Shown: in pieces, positions 15,501 through 34,995 of the stretch
How the letters are laid out: each line of letters opens with the position of its first letter
Position numbering within the stretch: position 1 is the stretch's first letter
From: the human T2T-CHM13v2.0 reference genome, Homo sapiens
NCBI RefSeq assembly: GCF_009914755.1
Contig: NC_060932.1
Direction: 5' to 3' (one strand)
Length of the DNA stretch: 64,000 nucleotides
The notes under the pieces: generated by a model
Told to the model about the DNA's origin: nothing
The model's database searches: none
What the model saw: only the letters and a program-made list of their open reading frames with translations
Translations under genes and position numbers: made by a program

Positions 15501-16290
15501 TTCCATCTTTCATTGACCTGGGCTGAAACCCACCTACCACTTCTCTGTAGCTCGGAGAATCTGGCAAGAGTTTCATGTATCTTATGACTTTTTGTTTGTA
15601 TCTCCACTACCTGTCAAGTCCTGTGCTATCTGCAAACCTGGGGACTGTGCCATGCAATCTCCTTCCCTACTCTTACATAAAGGACCAGGGCTTTGGGCCA
15701 GCTTTTCTCAATTTCTTGGTCCTGTGTCCATTGCAAATGAGAGTCTTATCTATGACTGCTCTCTGTTCATCAGAAAGAAGGAATTCATTTCACTTTCCAA
15801 AACCCTGAACCAGCTCTCTAAGTGCTAGGAAACCAGGACTGTTCCTACTGTAGGCTGAGAAAGAAAGAGACCAGTGAGCCATGCCAGTGGTTCCCACACC
15901 TGCCTGCACCTCACACCCAGGCACATTAGAGCTGAGGAAGCCCCAGGGCATGAGTATCTTTAGAAAAACCCAGGGACTCAAATAAATGCTGGTAAACATA
16001 GACACTGGAATACTAGGCTACCATCAAAAAGACTGGGGCAGCTGTTATGAATGAAGCTGGTGTAAATCAGTATGCTTCCATTTGTATAGGGGATAATAAT
16101 GTGTATTTGCCTTTGGTTATAGAAGCATAAAATCTCTGGAAGGATTCACAAGATCCTTGGGATGAGGGTTGCCTCTGAGGGAGTTACAGGAGGCTGGGAG
16201 ACAGAGGGCAGAGAGCAACTTTTCCTACGGACCTTTTAAAATTAGTTGAATGTTAAATCACGTAAATAGTTTACCTGTGTCAAGGATTAG

Positions 16291-16412
16291 ATCCTTTTGT
16301 AGGTCATAAGTGCGATGATTGGGATGTTGTGCTCAAGTGTGAGATGTGCCTGCCTCAAACCTTGTTACAACGTTGGCACATTACCTGTCTGACATGAAAA
16401 AAAAAAAAAAAA
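16291..16412 (+). pseudogene. Full-length U13 snoRNA (SNORD13) retropseudogene with poly(A) tail
   Basis: atccttttgtaggtcataagtgcgatgattggg...gtgtgagatgtgcc...aaccttgttacaacgttggcacattacctgtctgac matches U13 end to end. Box D CTGA is kept, box C reads CGATGA, and A16 follows. Confidence 0.93.
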
Positions 16413-17695
<1,283 letters not shown>

Positions 17696-17739
17696 TACTA
17701 ATATTAAGCCCCCTTCGGAGGTAAACGCTCTTGTGTCTT

Positions 17740-18020
17740 CTCTGGCCTCTTCTTAGACTTCATATAAACAGAATGCAGCATGTGCTCTTTTGTGTCTGCT
17801 TTCTCGCATGCAGCCCTACGCCTGTGAGAGTGATTCATGCTGTTGCATTCAGCAGCGGGTTGTTGCTGTTTTTGCTGAGTAGTCTTCCATTGTATGAAAT
17901 TTATTTATTCATTCTTCTGTTGTTGAGCGTTTGGGTTATTTGCCGTTTGGGGCTATTATGCATGAAGCTATATGAACATTCTTAGAGCTGCCTTTCGTAG
18001 GCACTCATTTCTCTTGGGTA
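17740..18020 (-). mobile_element. Old L1M 3' UTR fragment
   Basis: tttttgctgagtagtcttccattgtatg...tttggggctattatg...tttctcttgggta. Confidence 0.7.
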
Positions 18021-18639
18021 CTCTTAGGTCTTCTTAACGGCGTTCTTCAGTTGTGCAATTAACTGCTCCATGTTTATCTTCCCTGAGGATTTAGAAGTTC
18101 CATGATGGTAAGGCAGGATCTGCCCCTGTGCACTGGAGGCAAAAAGACAGATTCTCCATTGCCCTTCACCTTTATCCTGTATTCTAGCCTGGGAGGAGAG
18201 GCAGGTGCCTGCAAAAATGGCAGCCATCTTCTGATAACAAGAGCAAAAGCAAAAGAAAGGCAGAGCGGGAAGCTGTGAGGACTCTAGGTCTTTAATGATG
18301 ACCTAGAGTCATGGACACCAGCTCTGGACTGCCCACCTTCAGATTGGTCTGCAGGAAAAGGGAGAAAAAAAAAATAGAAATAGGTGCATGGAGTAGAGCA
18401 GAGAGGAAGGATGGAGAAGGTCCCGATGGGAATGGGTCTGAGTCCCAGCTCATTCCTGAGACCCGGCTGCACCCTACTCCTTCTCTCTTTGCTTAAGCAT
18501 TACTTGATTTCCATCACTTCACCCGAGGATCCTGCCTGAGTCAGTCCTTTGGCACTGCATTATCACTGATGTTCATAATTTTGTCGATAACTCATGAAGA
18601 AAAGGTTAAAAATATGCTTGATCACCTCTAATTTGAAAG

Positions 18640-18880
18640 AAATAAGTGAGGCATCACAGCGTGGTGGCCATCCCATGGGCTGCAGGGTTGGACAAAATTG
18701 AATTCAAATCCCCACTCGGGCACTCGCTCACCCAGCGTATAATTTTGGCCATGTTACATAAGTTCTCTGGGCTTCTATTTTTCTCACTGGCTAAATGGTG
18801 AGAATAATACCGGCTTTTTGGGGTTTTTAAGGGCTAAATGCAACAATGTATGTAAAAGCCTGGCAGATCATTAGTATTCA
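18640..18880 (+). mobile_element. MIR
   Basis: ttcaaatccc...ttggccatgttac...ctctgggcttctattttt...taaatggtgagaataatacc...tgtaaaagcctggca. Confidence 0.7.
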
Positions 18881-19984
18881 GTAATGATATGAATTATTTT
18901 AAAAGGTGAAGTATATATTCATCTATATATATGAAAGATTTACCTGGGAAGTGATTTTTCTATTTAATGGGCTTATCTTTATTTAGAGAGAGAGGGAAAG
19001 AATTCCCTTATTTCCTAGTGATGCCATATGGTAGACTATCAATGTACACTAGTCCCAACTTGGAGTATGGCAAACATTATTTTTAAGTATCAATAAACTG
19101 CCAGAAAAAAGTTATGTGTTAGCTAAATGATATCCTCAAAGTAAGATTTCTGAAATTTATAGGCACTGTGAAAAGGGATTGGCAGGCCAGGGCTGCTCTG
19201 AGCTTCACTTGCCAGAGCTTGGGGACAAATAGGATGTTTCAGAATACCCGATGACTCTACAGACTGCACGCCTCCTGCAGTCGTTGAAGCCCCAGAGGCT
19301 TCGTGCAATCTCTGGGCTAGAAAACCACATGCCCAGGTCTGCTCTTCATCATGGATGGCCATAACTTTAAATACACGACGGTAATTTACAATCAAACACA
19401 TCCAGATGGACGGCTCCCCCAAAGCCAAATCTATACCCAGGACGCAGATTTCTACAGGAAAATGCAGCCAAGCCAGAAAAAAAAACAACTCAGGGAACAA
19501 ACAGTCCCTACCACTGTAAAGCCATGGTTCCCTCTGCTGCTCCGAATGGAGCACCACATGAAGGAGGTGAGGAGGACAGCTGCCAGGCGTCTGGGAGGAC
19601 CTACAATCAGATACCAAGGCCCAGGAAATGGGCAAGGGGCATGCATGCGGAAGACAGAAGTGACAGTGGGGAGGGCAGACATACCCCTCTCTAGTCGTCG
19701 TTAAAGTGTGAGGGCCCAGCCTTGTACACCCCTGAGGCCCCACTGCGTGGAGAGTCCTGCAGCATGGGCCACCGTTCCCTGGGTTAGGCCCAGCACCTCG
19801 AGAAGATGGACCACGGAGGATGCCTACTCTCCTGGAAGCCACTGCGGCTCCAGCTTCTCCCAGCATGGCAGACCAAGATCACAACTGGTTAGGTTGCTCC
19901 AAAGTGGCCAGCCCGACGGGAACTGCCTTGTGCTAACTAGATTTGTAGGAGGCTTCTTGTTGGCTGAGATGCCTGTGGACTGGT

Positions 19985-20820
19985 CTTTTTTTTTTTGTTT
20001 TTATTTGAGACAGTCTCACTCTGTCGCCCAGGCTGGAGTGCAGTGGTGCCATCATAGCTCACTGCAGCCATGACCTCCTGGGTCCAAGCCATCCTACTGG
20101 CTCAGCCTCCCGAGTTGCTGGGACTACAGGTATGTGCCATCGTACCCAGCTAATTTTTCTTTTTTTCTTTTTCGTAGAGACAAGGTCTCGCTAAGTTGCC
20201 CAGGCTGGTCTCAGAGTCCTGGGCTTAAGCAGCCTTCCCACCTCAGCCTCCCAAATTGCTGGGCTATTAGGTGTGAGCCACTGCAGCTGGCCCGGACTGA
20301 TCTTGTATTAGAAGAATGCACCCTTTTGCAGGCTGCCCTTGTTTGGTAACATCCCTTCCTCCAAACCTTCACTTCTGTCTTCCACCAGCCTTTATTCACC
20401 CCGTGTCCACATTGTCTGGAGCCTTCTCTTAGGGGCTAAACTACTGGTTAAACTGATAATGAATTATGATGGGGAGAGTCAAAAATAGGTTGTTTCTTTC
20501 CTAATAGCAATACCAATAGTTACCATTTATTAAGCAATTATGCACAAAGTTGGTAAGTGTTTTACATATATGACCTCATATAATTCTCAATCCTATGCAA
20601 TGGACAGCAAATTATTATCATCCTGATTTTTATAGATGAAGAAATGGAAGGTGGGCACAGTAGCATGTGCCTGTAATCCCAGCTACTTGGGAGGCTGAGG
20701 CACAAGTTTCACTTGAGCCCAGGAGTTCGAGCTGTAATGAGCCATGACTGCACCTGTGAATAACCACTGCACTCCAGCCTGGGCAACACAGCAAGACCCC
20801 ATCTCTAAAACAAGAAAAGA
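19985..20820. mobile_element. AluJ (-) 19985-20295; MIR (-) ~20520-20850 interrupted by a FAM-like monomer (+) 20650-20820
   Basis: FAM signature cacctgtgaataaccactgcactcc; TSD aagaaatgga on both sides. Confidence 0.8.
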
Positions 20821-20851
20821 AATGGAGGCTCGGAGTGATTAAGTAACTTAA

Positions 20852-21240
20852 CTGTCCCAGGTTGGGCTCCTCAGCAAGGAGACTCCAGGGTTAGTATGCA
20901 GTGTGTTCCTCAGGGGGTGCCCTTGAGTTGATACCCTTGGAAGGGAGGGGAGCAGGAGTGGGCAGATAAAGAAGTGGAGCTCTGGTGCAACCACTGCCAG
21001 CCTCAGCCAGCATGCAGGAAGCTCTGGAGCCTGAATGGCACTTCATGGTTTTCTCGAAGTGGGCCAGGGTGGCCAGGCCTTTATATGCCCTCTCCATCAG
21101 TCACTGGACGTGGGACAGCCCTGAAGGGTGTGGCCTTGGGCAAGGTGGCTCTGCGGCTGAGGCAAACCCTGGGGGTGCTGGCAGCTGGAGGTAGTCTGTG
21201 ACCACACTCCCAGCAGTTGGGGTAACAAGTCCGTCATTGG
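20852..21240 (-). mobile_element. Old ERVL-class LTR (LTR16/ERV3-16A3-like)
   Basis: Begins tgtcccaggttgggctcc...gactc; internal ggccaggcctttata and ccttgggcaaggtggctctgc.gctgaggca resemble the recalled consensus. Confidence 0.5.
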
Positions 21241-21726
21241 CATGAGAATTGAATGTGTCTGCAATGGTAAGAAGGTCCCACTTTGAGTGGTAGGGTGGGA
21301 TGGGGAGAGAAGCCTCTCTGATCCCAGATCCTCCTAATTACCCACCTTTTCATACTGCCTCCCACAACCCTCTAAATTGAATGCTGAATGTTCGCCTCTC
21401 AAAAGGTGCTTTTCTTCTATTTGCTTGGCCTACACAGAGGTCCCCTCCTCCCAGGTAGCTGAGACTCTTGGCTACATTCATGATTCTTGCCTAAAGGAGA
21501 TGGCCTGTGCCCCTCCGTGGAAGAACAGTGGCCTCAGCAGTGAGAACATTCTGAGTCCTTGGCCTGGGGTAAAATCAAATCTGTGTGTCCCTCATAACAT
21601 GCTCAGTGGTGACGACCACCCCAAGACCAAGCACACATGCCTCAGAACAAAGCCAAGCATTCCAGTAGCCCCACTTCATCCTGCTAACCATGCACACCCT
21701 CCATCTACTGTTTCTCTAAAAATTAA

Positions 21727-22378
<652 letters not shown>

Positions 22379-22966
22379 GAGATCATATTTCATTTGCTCT
22401 TTCCTATCAGAGCTCTTAAACAGAGAATGAGTCAAACAATCCAAGAGTCACAGATCAATTTTATAAAAATGACATTTTACCCCTGTAAAAATTTCAAACC
22501 ATGTATTTTTAAAGTTGCTCACAATGATACCACCCAGAGGTAACCACGGTGAACGTTTTGAGCATTTCCTTCCTGAAAGTTCTGTGCATGTATACAGATT
22601 AAACTATGGGTTCTCAGAATAGTCACTGTGTTCCAGCCTGGGCAGCAAAGTAAGACCCCATCTCTAAAAAAAATTAATATTATATAAAATAGGTGTCTTC
22701 AATTTTACATAAATGAGGATATGCCAGACATGCTTTGTATGTAATCTGCTTTTTCCCTACCCAATGTGATAGGGGCACATGTCTGTGCCTTCAGACAGTC
22801 ACGCAGGGGCATCAGAGTAGCTGGAGATCACGCTGGAGATATGGATACAGTTGAGGAGAAGGGGCAGGCTAAGGTGAAGTCTTGGAATCTTATCTTTATA
22901 AGTCTTCATAAGAGACAACATTGAAGGACTGCAAAATACAATTTAGTTTTTTAAAGGCTTATTCTG

Positions 22967-23612
22967 GGCCAGGCACAGTGGCTCATGCCTGTAATCCCAG
23001 CACTTTCAGAAGCTGAGGCAAAAAGATCACTTGAGCTCAGGAGCTCAAGACCAGCCTGGATAATATATTGAGACTCCGTCTCTACAAAAAAAATAAAAAG
23101 CTAGCTGGGCATGGTGTTGCACACCAGCTACTCAGGAGGCTGAGGCAGGAGGATGGCTTGAGCCCAGGAGGCAGAGGCTGCAGTGAGCCATGATCACACC
23201 ATTGCACTCCAGCCTAGGAGACAGAGCAAGACCCTGTCTCAAAAGAAAATAGAAAAGAAGCCGGGTGCCATGGCTCACAGGTGTAATCCCAGCACTTTGA
23301 CAGGCTGAGGTGGAAGGATCGCTTGAGCTCAGCAGTTCGAAACCAGTCTGGGCAACATAGCAAAGCTCCATGGAATTGAACAATGAGAACACATGGACAC
23401 AGGAAGGGGAACATCACACGCCGGGGACTGTTGTGGGGAGGGGGGCGGGGGGAGGGATAGCATTAGGAGATATACCTAATGCTAAATGACAAGTTAATGG
23501 GTGCAGCACACCAACATGGCACATGTATACACAAGTAACAAACCTGAACGTTGTGCACATGTACCCTAAAACTTGAAGTATAATAAAAAAAAATTTTTTT
23601 AAAGAGAAAAGA
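22967..23612 (+). mobile_element. Composite: AluJ (22967-23257) + Alu left monomer (23260-23370) + young L1PA 3' end (23371-23592)
   Basis: Outer TSD aaaggcttatt(c/t)tg; L1 3' UTR ggaattgaacaatgagaac...cctaaaacttgaagtataataaaa. Confidence 0.9.
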
Positions 23613-23689
23613 AAAGGCTTATTTTGACTACTGGTGGTGACATGAGTGTTGTTATTATGTAGTCAAAATCTCTGTCTAAATAACATTTC

Positions 23690-24305
23690 TTTAAAAAAAA
23701 ATTTCTATAGGTTTTGGGGGAACAGGTGGTATTCGTTACACGAGTGAGTTCTTTAGTGGTGATTTGTGAGATTTTGGTGCACCCATCACCTGAGCAATAT
23801 ATACTACGTCCAGTTTGTAGTCTTTTATCCCTTAACCCCCTCTCACCCTTTCCCCTGGGTCCCCAAAGTCCACTGTACCATTTTCATGCCTTTGCATCCT
23901 CATAGCTTAGCTTCCACTTATGAGTGAGAACATACTGTGTTTGGTTTTCCATTTCTGAGTTACTTTACTTAGAATAATGGTCTCCAGTTCCATCCTGGTT
24001 GCTGCAAATGCCATTAATTCATTCCTTGTTATAGCTGAGTAGTTTTCCATCATATATATATATGAATGATGTGGTATATATATATTGATGTGGTATATAT
24101 ATATGATGTGGTATATATATATATGATGTGGTATACACCACAATTTCTCTGTCCACTCATGGATTAGCATTTGGGCTGGTTCTATATTTTTGTAACCGTG
24201 AATTGTACTGCTATAAGCACGTGTGTCTGAGTATTTTTTCCTATCACGACTTCTTTTCCTCTGGGTAGATCCAGGGATTGACTGGATCAAATGGTAGTTC
24301 TATTT
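23690..24305 (-). mobile_element. L1PB-like 3' end with an internal TGATGTGG(TA)n x4 expansion (24051-24140)
   Basis: ORF2 C-terminal ELMAFAATRMELETIILSKVTQ; L1PB-type 3' UTR gttctttagtggtgatttgtgagattttggtgcacccatcacc. Confidence 0.85.
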
Positions 24306-24939
24306 TTATAACATTTCAATGTGTTCAACCTCAAACTTGAGAAAGGCAGATATCTGCTGACTCCACTCAGTCCAACCCTACATATAGCCTTCTTTGACTC
24401 GAACGTATTGATTATCAGGAAAAAAGTCATCCATTATAAAGTGTTTCCTATCTGTATAAAACATATCCCTCTGCTTCCAGAAATAGTAAATACTCCTGAT
24501 AGAAGACACAGAGAATTATAAAAGAAAATAAAATGTAACTCACTTGTTATTCTACCACCCAGAGATAACCACTCATCGGGACCACACTGATGTACCTCTT
24601 GCCAGTCTTTTTCTCTAGAAATAGTTTTTCCTTGTATAAACAAGGGCAATCATATTGCACAAACTGTTTTACATTTTAATACATCTCGAAGGTCTTTCTA
24701 GATCAAATTAAATAATTTCCTACGACGACCTCATTTTCAGCAATCACCTCATATCTATTGTGTGGTACCATAATTTGTTAAAATATTCTCTTATTGGTGT
24801 CAATGTAGGTGATTTCAAATTATTTGCTATTTTTTTCAAGTTGTCACTGACTTGAAGTTATTTGCTATTGTAAACCAAACTGTGATGAACATCCTTGTGG
24901 GCAGATATATGTGTGCATTGCCATTTTAAGATTCCACAG

Positions 24940-25437
24940 TCCCTCCGTGTTCTCACTTTGAGAAATTTCATCCTACCTAATATCAAGCATTGCCAAATGC
25001 ACATGTGGCTCACGTTAAGTACAATTGTTTTTTTGCAAAAAATTAAAATAATTTTTATAATTTGGCTTCTGAAATTCTTTAACTCTGAGGAACACATTTA
25101 ATTCCGCTACGACTTCTCTGCAATCAGATAGGCATATACCAGAATTCTTGTGAAGTGAGAAAAGCAAACCTATAGATAGCTTTCAACTATACATGTAATG
25201 ACATTATATGAACACTAAATTTAATCAATCATAAAATTGATAGAAATTTACACTTTATATATATTTGTTCACTTAGTTCACATGTTCATGTAGTTCAAAC
25301 ATATGTTTATTTCAATTTTTTCCATCTTAGAGTCATACCTTCTTTTTTCTAGACCTCAGATATTTTTTGTAGGCTCCTTAAAAGCTCATAGGCCTCAAGG
25401 CAATGCAACTATAGATCCTAACAAAGTGACACTGCTA
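24940..25437. mobile_element. Possible hAT-Tip100 (Arthur1-like) DNA transposon remnant
   Basis: Terminal region tgtaggctccttaaaagctcataggcctcaaggcaatg resembles the recalled Arthur1 end; weak. Confidence 0.35.
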
Positions 25438-25479
25438 GTATTCCTAAAAGGGACCAAGGATATAGAAAGATTTTAAAAT

Positions 25480-27190
<1,711 letters not shown>

Positions 27191-28109
27191 ACAGCATGAG
27201 CCCTTCCACTCTTGATAAACTCGAAACTGCTTCTCCCTCCCTGCCTCTCGTCCTGCCACCCTCTTCCCTAAGTGTAACGTTGACTACCTGAAGTCAGCGG
27301 GTGTCCCAGCAGAAACGAGAAAGAAAGACACCTTGCTTCTCAGGAGTTGATGTCACACAACAGCCTGCTTTCTGGTTTTGGTTCAGAGGGCATGTGGGCC
27401 AACCCATACATTGGCATATGAACTCATTCTTGCCGAATGGGTCTGTTGAGATGGACATACTAATCGATTTGCCTGGACACATGCAGCAGGGATCTGATGG
27501 TGATGGTAGTGGAGGCACAGGCCACCTGAGAAGCCTTGCCTCTGGGCCCCAGACCCCTCTCTCCTCCCAGCCTTGCCTTTCTACATCCAAGGAAGCTCAT
27601 TTTCCTCTCCTGTTCCTGCAAGGCCAAGGCATCTTCATGCAGAAGGCATCTCTGGCACAGGAGACCGAAGGAAGGAACCCATCTTCTTCCCGCCATCTGG
27701 GATTAGGCAGGCATTAGCAGCAGCTCCGGCTACTCTACGGCAGGATTTCTCAAACCGTCTCCAGATGTCAAGTGAAGGAATGAATTGCAGCTCATCAATA
27801 AATGCTTTCTCTTTGAAGAGGCGTTCTAGGAAGAGGAAACTGTCACTGCCAGCCCTAGTTCTTCCCTTCTCACTCATTTCTTTTCCAATCCCCTTTATTC
27901 CTTCTTTTGGATTTTTCTTTAAAAGCCTCAGACGCCCTTCTCTTCCCGGAATGCGTCTCTGCATCTCACACACAACGTAGCTTTGGCTTTAACCCCGTAA
28001 CTCTGCAATCAAACATCTTCGGCTTCTTCTTAGGCCTTCACTCCAGCTTTGTTTTCTCTACAAAACATTTCCCTCATTATTCTCTGACTTTATCAACAAT
28101 GCATTTACT

Positions 28110-29186
<1,077 letters not shown>

Positions 29187-29219
29187 CTCCCCCATGATTT
29201 TTATAAAATAATACTAACA

Positions 29220-29405
29220 GTCACAGATCACATTTGGTGAGCACTGCTACATGCCAAACGCTGTGCTAAGTCTCTACATTCCTTACATCATTTACGTGTC
29301 ATAAAGCCTGTGCTATCCTCATCCCCATTTTACAGATGAAGAAAGAGTGGTGGAAGCAGTGAGGTCACTTGCTCATGATCACGCAGCCATTGAGTGGCAG
29401 AGCCA
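29220..29405 (-). mobile_element. MIR
   Basis: atccccattttacagatgaagaaa...gtgaggtcacttgctcatgatcacgcagc. Confidence 0.8.
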
Positions 29406-30432
29406 GGCAGTGCAACCGTCGATCAGGGAAGGCGCTGGGTGCTGCTCTTCAACACATTGCAGCGGAGAGGTTGAGTGGTTGTTGGCAAAAGGGCAGGTTT
29501 TAGTGAATTGAAGTGTCAGCTTAGACTAATGACAGGTAAAAGCCAATATCATTTTTCTCACCAACCAGATTTAAGCCTCTCTGGGGGTGGGGACCTTCAT
29601 ATGCCTGTTGCATCTGAACACTGCATAACAGTTTCTGCTGTTCTGAAAATAATACCAAATTCAGTTGATGTTCCTAACTCAATCACATAGAAATAGCTCT
29701 CTCCTTCACCTGCCCACAGCCCACTAATCACCTATCTTGAGTCGATTCTACTATAGAAAAGGTTTTTCAGTCCATCCCATTGCCAATGACCTGGGTCAGC
29801 TCCTGGTCATCTCTGCCTGGTTTAGGACAGCACCCCTCTTTCTGCCTAGGAACTTTGAGAAATTTTTCCAAAACCCAAGTCCTCTGTGACCCCGCCACAC
29901 AGCATTAGTCTCTCTCTCTCAGTGGGGCTTTTTCCACTGTGCTATAATTATCTATAAATGGTCTTCAGTGAGACTGAGTTCTTCCAGCAAAGGTGCATGT
30001 CTTTTTTATACTTTTTCTTCCCTTGTGTCTGCCACAGAATGTGGAACACAACAAATTTCAGTAGGCGTTTGCTAAATTAACGATCTCCAAAAATCTTTAT
30101 TAAAATGTTTTAAAGTAAAAATTACGTATTTAAAAAGGAAAATGTAATATATTCAAACAATATAGACATTTCAAAATAAAGATAAATCTTCCTCCCTCCC
30201 CACTCCCAGTTCCCCCCTCAAAGATTATCTGCATGTATGTTTTTTAATTTACCAAAAAAAAAAACACAACTCCTTAGAATTCCTCTGTGGAGACATCTAT
30301 AGCTTGCTTTTGTTGTATGTATCTAGCAGATATTCCCCCATGGAGTTTGTCCCACTCATTTCTGTCACCCAGGCTGAAGTGCAGTGGCACGAGCATAGCT
30401 CACTGCAGCTTCCGTCTCCTGGTCTCAAGTGA

Positions 30433-30705
<273 letters not shown>

Positions 30706-31625
30706 TGATGACCATCTGGGTATTTTTCAGTGATTTGCAATAGTAATGTTACAATGAACATATCTTGAAGTCCTTTTTTAAATTATGTTTTTTAATTGAC
30801 AAATAACAATTACATATTTATGGGGTGCATAGTGATATTTTGATACATATAATGTATAGTGATCAAATGAGGGTAATTAGCATATCCATTATTTCAAACA
30901 TTTATCATTCTCTTTTGTTGGGAACATCAATATCCCCCTTCTAGCTATTTGAAACCATATAATAATTATTGAGTTTTGTTAACTTTTAGGTTCAGGGATA
31001 TATGTGCATGTTTTTGTTTTCAGTAAACTTGGGTCACAGGGATTTGTTTTACAGATTATTTTGTCACCCAGCTACTAGGAATAATATTATTATATACACT
31101 CATCTTACAGTGGTGAGGTCCTCTTTTTAAGTTTTTTTTAAATCATTTTTAATGTAAAACAAATTTGTTAATGATTTTATATACTCATTTACAAAATTCA
31201 AAATTCAAATATCTAAGAGATTATAAAGCAAAAAGTCTCCCCTTCTTCCTCTGTAATCCCCATTGCATCCCTCCTAGACAGCCCCCAGCCACCATTTTCC
31301 CCTCCATGGGGGAAATTTATGTTACTTGTTTCTTATCTATGGCTACATTGGTACTTTTAGGTGAATATCCAAGGGCTGAATTCCTGGTACTCAAATTGCT
31401 GAGTCAAAGAGTATGTGTGTGTTTTTTTAAAGTTGATATTGGATACTTGTTCTTCCAAAAGGTTGTACGGATGTAATTAGTGATTACTAAATATTAATTA
31501 AGTAATTAGGAATTAATAAATAGCTATTTATGTTTCTACTAGTAGCAAACAATATTTATTTGCCCACACACTCACCGACACTGGCTCTTTTCAAACTCGT
31601 AAATATTTGCCAATATAATAGGTGA

Positions 31626-32000
31626 TGAATGGTTTGGCTCTGCATCCCCACCCAAATCTCATGTTGAATTGTAATCCCCAATGTTGGGGGAAGGATGTGT
31701 TGGGAAGTGATTGGATCATGGGGACAGATTTCTCCCCTGCTATTCTCATGACAATGAGTGAATTCTCACAAGATCTGGTTTTTTAAAAGCGTGGAGCATG
31801 TCCCCCTTCACTCTCTCCTCTGGCCATATGATGATGTGCCTGCTTCCCGTTTGCCTTCCACCATGTTGTAAGTTTCCTGAGGCCTCTCCAGCCATGCTTC
31901 CTGAACAACCTGCAGAACCATGAGCCACTTCACCTTCTTTTCTTTTTAAATTACCCAGTCTCAGGTAGTTATTTTTAGCTATGTGAGAATGGACAATACA
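31626..32000 (+). mobile_element. Solo MaLR LTR (THE1D/MSTA-like)
   Basis: tgaatggtttggctc...gaatggacaataca; 5-bp TSD ggtga at 31621-31625 and 32001-32005. Confidence 0.9.
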
Positions 32001-32595
32001 GGTGATAAAGAACATCTTATTGCTTTGATCTACAGTTCTGCATTTTGAGTATGAAGGTAACCAACTTTTCATATGCTTGTTGGTGTCTGGATTTCTTTTT
32101 CTGTGATCTGCCTATCCAGTCCCTTTGCTCATTTTTCTTTGGGGTTGTTTATATTTTTCTTATTGATTTGTAAATTTTCCTAAGTTAATATCTGCAAATA
32201 TTTTTCCTGAGAATATACTTATTGTTAAAGCCACATAATTCAAAATTTGAAGCTTCTGGTCACGAGTGTCACTTTGTCTTCCCAGTCAGATTATCAATTC
32301 TTTGAAAACAGGGACCCAGAAACTACTCTAGTCTTAAGTTGCATGGTAAATACTGGTTGATGAGCCTTGTCCTTCATCCTGGGCACCTGTCGTGGAATGC
32401 GATCCTCTGGGGAAGAGTTGTATCTTCCCTAGTTACAGAAGAAGATGAGATTTGCCTTCCTGGGTCAGACCCTCCATCGATCCAGTCTTGCTTTCTATCT
32501 GACAGCAGCAACAGGAAACATGTTGAAGAGAATCCAATTACCCTCTTCGACATCCACTTCAAAAGGTTAGGAATTTATCGTACGTATCACTGTTT

Positions 32596-32690
32596 GAGAT
32601 CTATCTTCCATCAATTCCTCCAAACCCTTCTTGAACCTACTTACATTTCAGCATACAGTCCCACTGAGGGCACTAGAGGTAATGAGTTCT
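32596..32690 (-). mobile_element. Ancient CR1/L3-type LINE ORF2 C-terminal remnant
   Basis: Minus strand reads NSLP...AE/NVSRFKKGLEELMEDRS (one frameshift), matching the CR1-type WNSLP...FKKGLDKFMEDRS terminus. Confidence 0.6.
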
Positions 32691-32859
32691 TTTGTTTATA
32701 ATGCAACATGTCAATTTCTGGGTCAGTAGGACAATATTATATATGAACATATAGAATTCTTTCCAATTCGATTCAAACATCTACGAATAATATATTTAAA
32801 ATAATTTTAAAATATTAATACGTTTTCTTTATTAATTCCAAACATTTTTCAGACTTTTC

Positions 32860-34904
<2,045 letters not shown>

Positions 34905-34995
34905 TAGTAGAGACGGGATTTTGCCATGTTGGCCAGGCTGATCTCTAACTCCTGAGCTCAGGCAATCCACTCGCTTCACACTCCCAAAGTGCTAG

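Noticed and set aside
24051-24140. TGATGTGG(TA)n short array
   Set aside because: Slippage expansion at the TA-rich position of an L1PB 3' region
27294-27980. ORFs as exons of a protein-coding gene or processed pseudogene
   Set aside because: No recognisable homology, no consistent splice structure, no poly(A)/TSD
32657-32676. ccactgagggcacta as a CTCF site
   Set aside because: Needs a gap or several mismatches in the core
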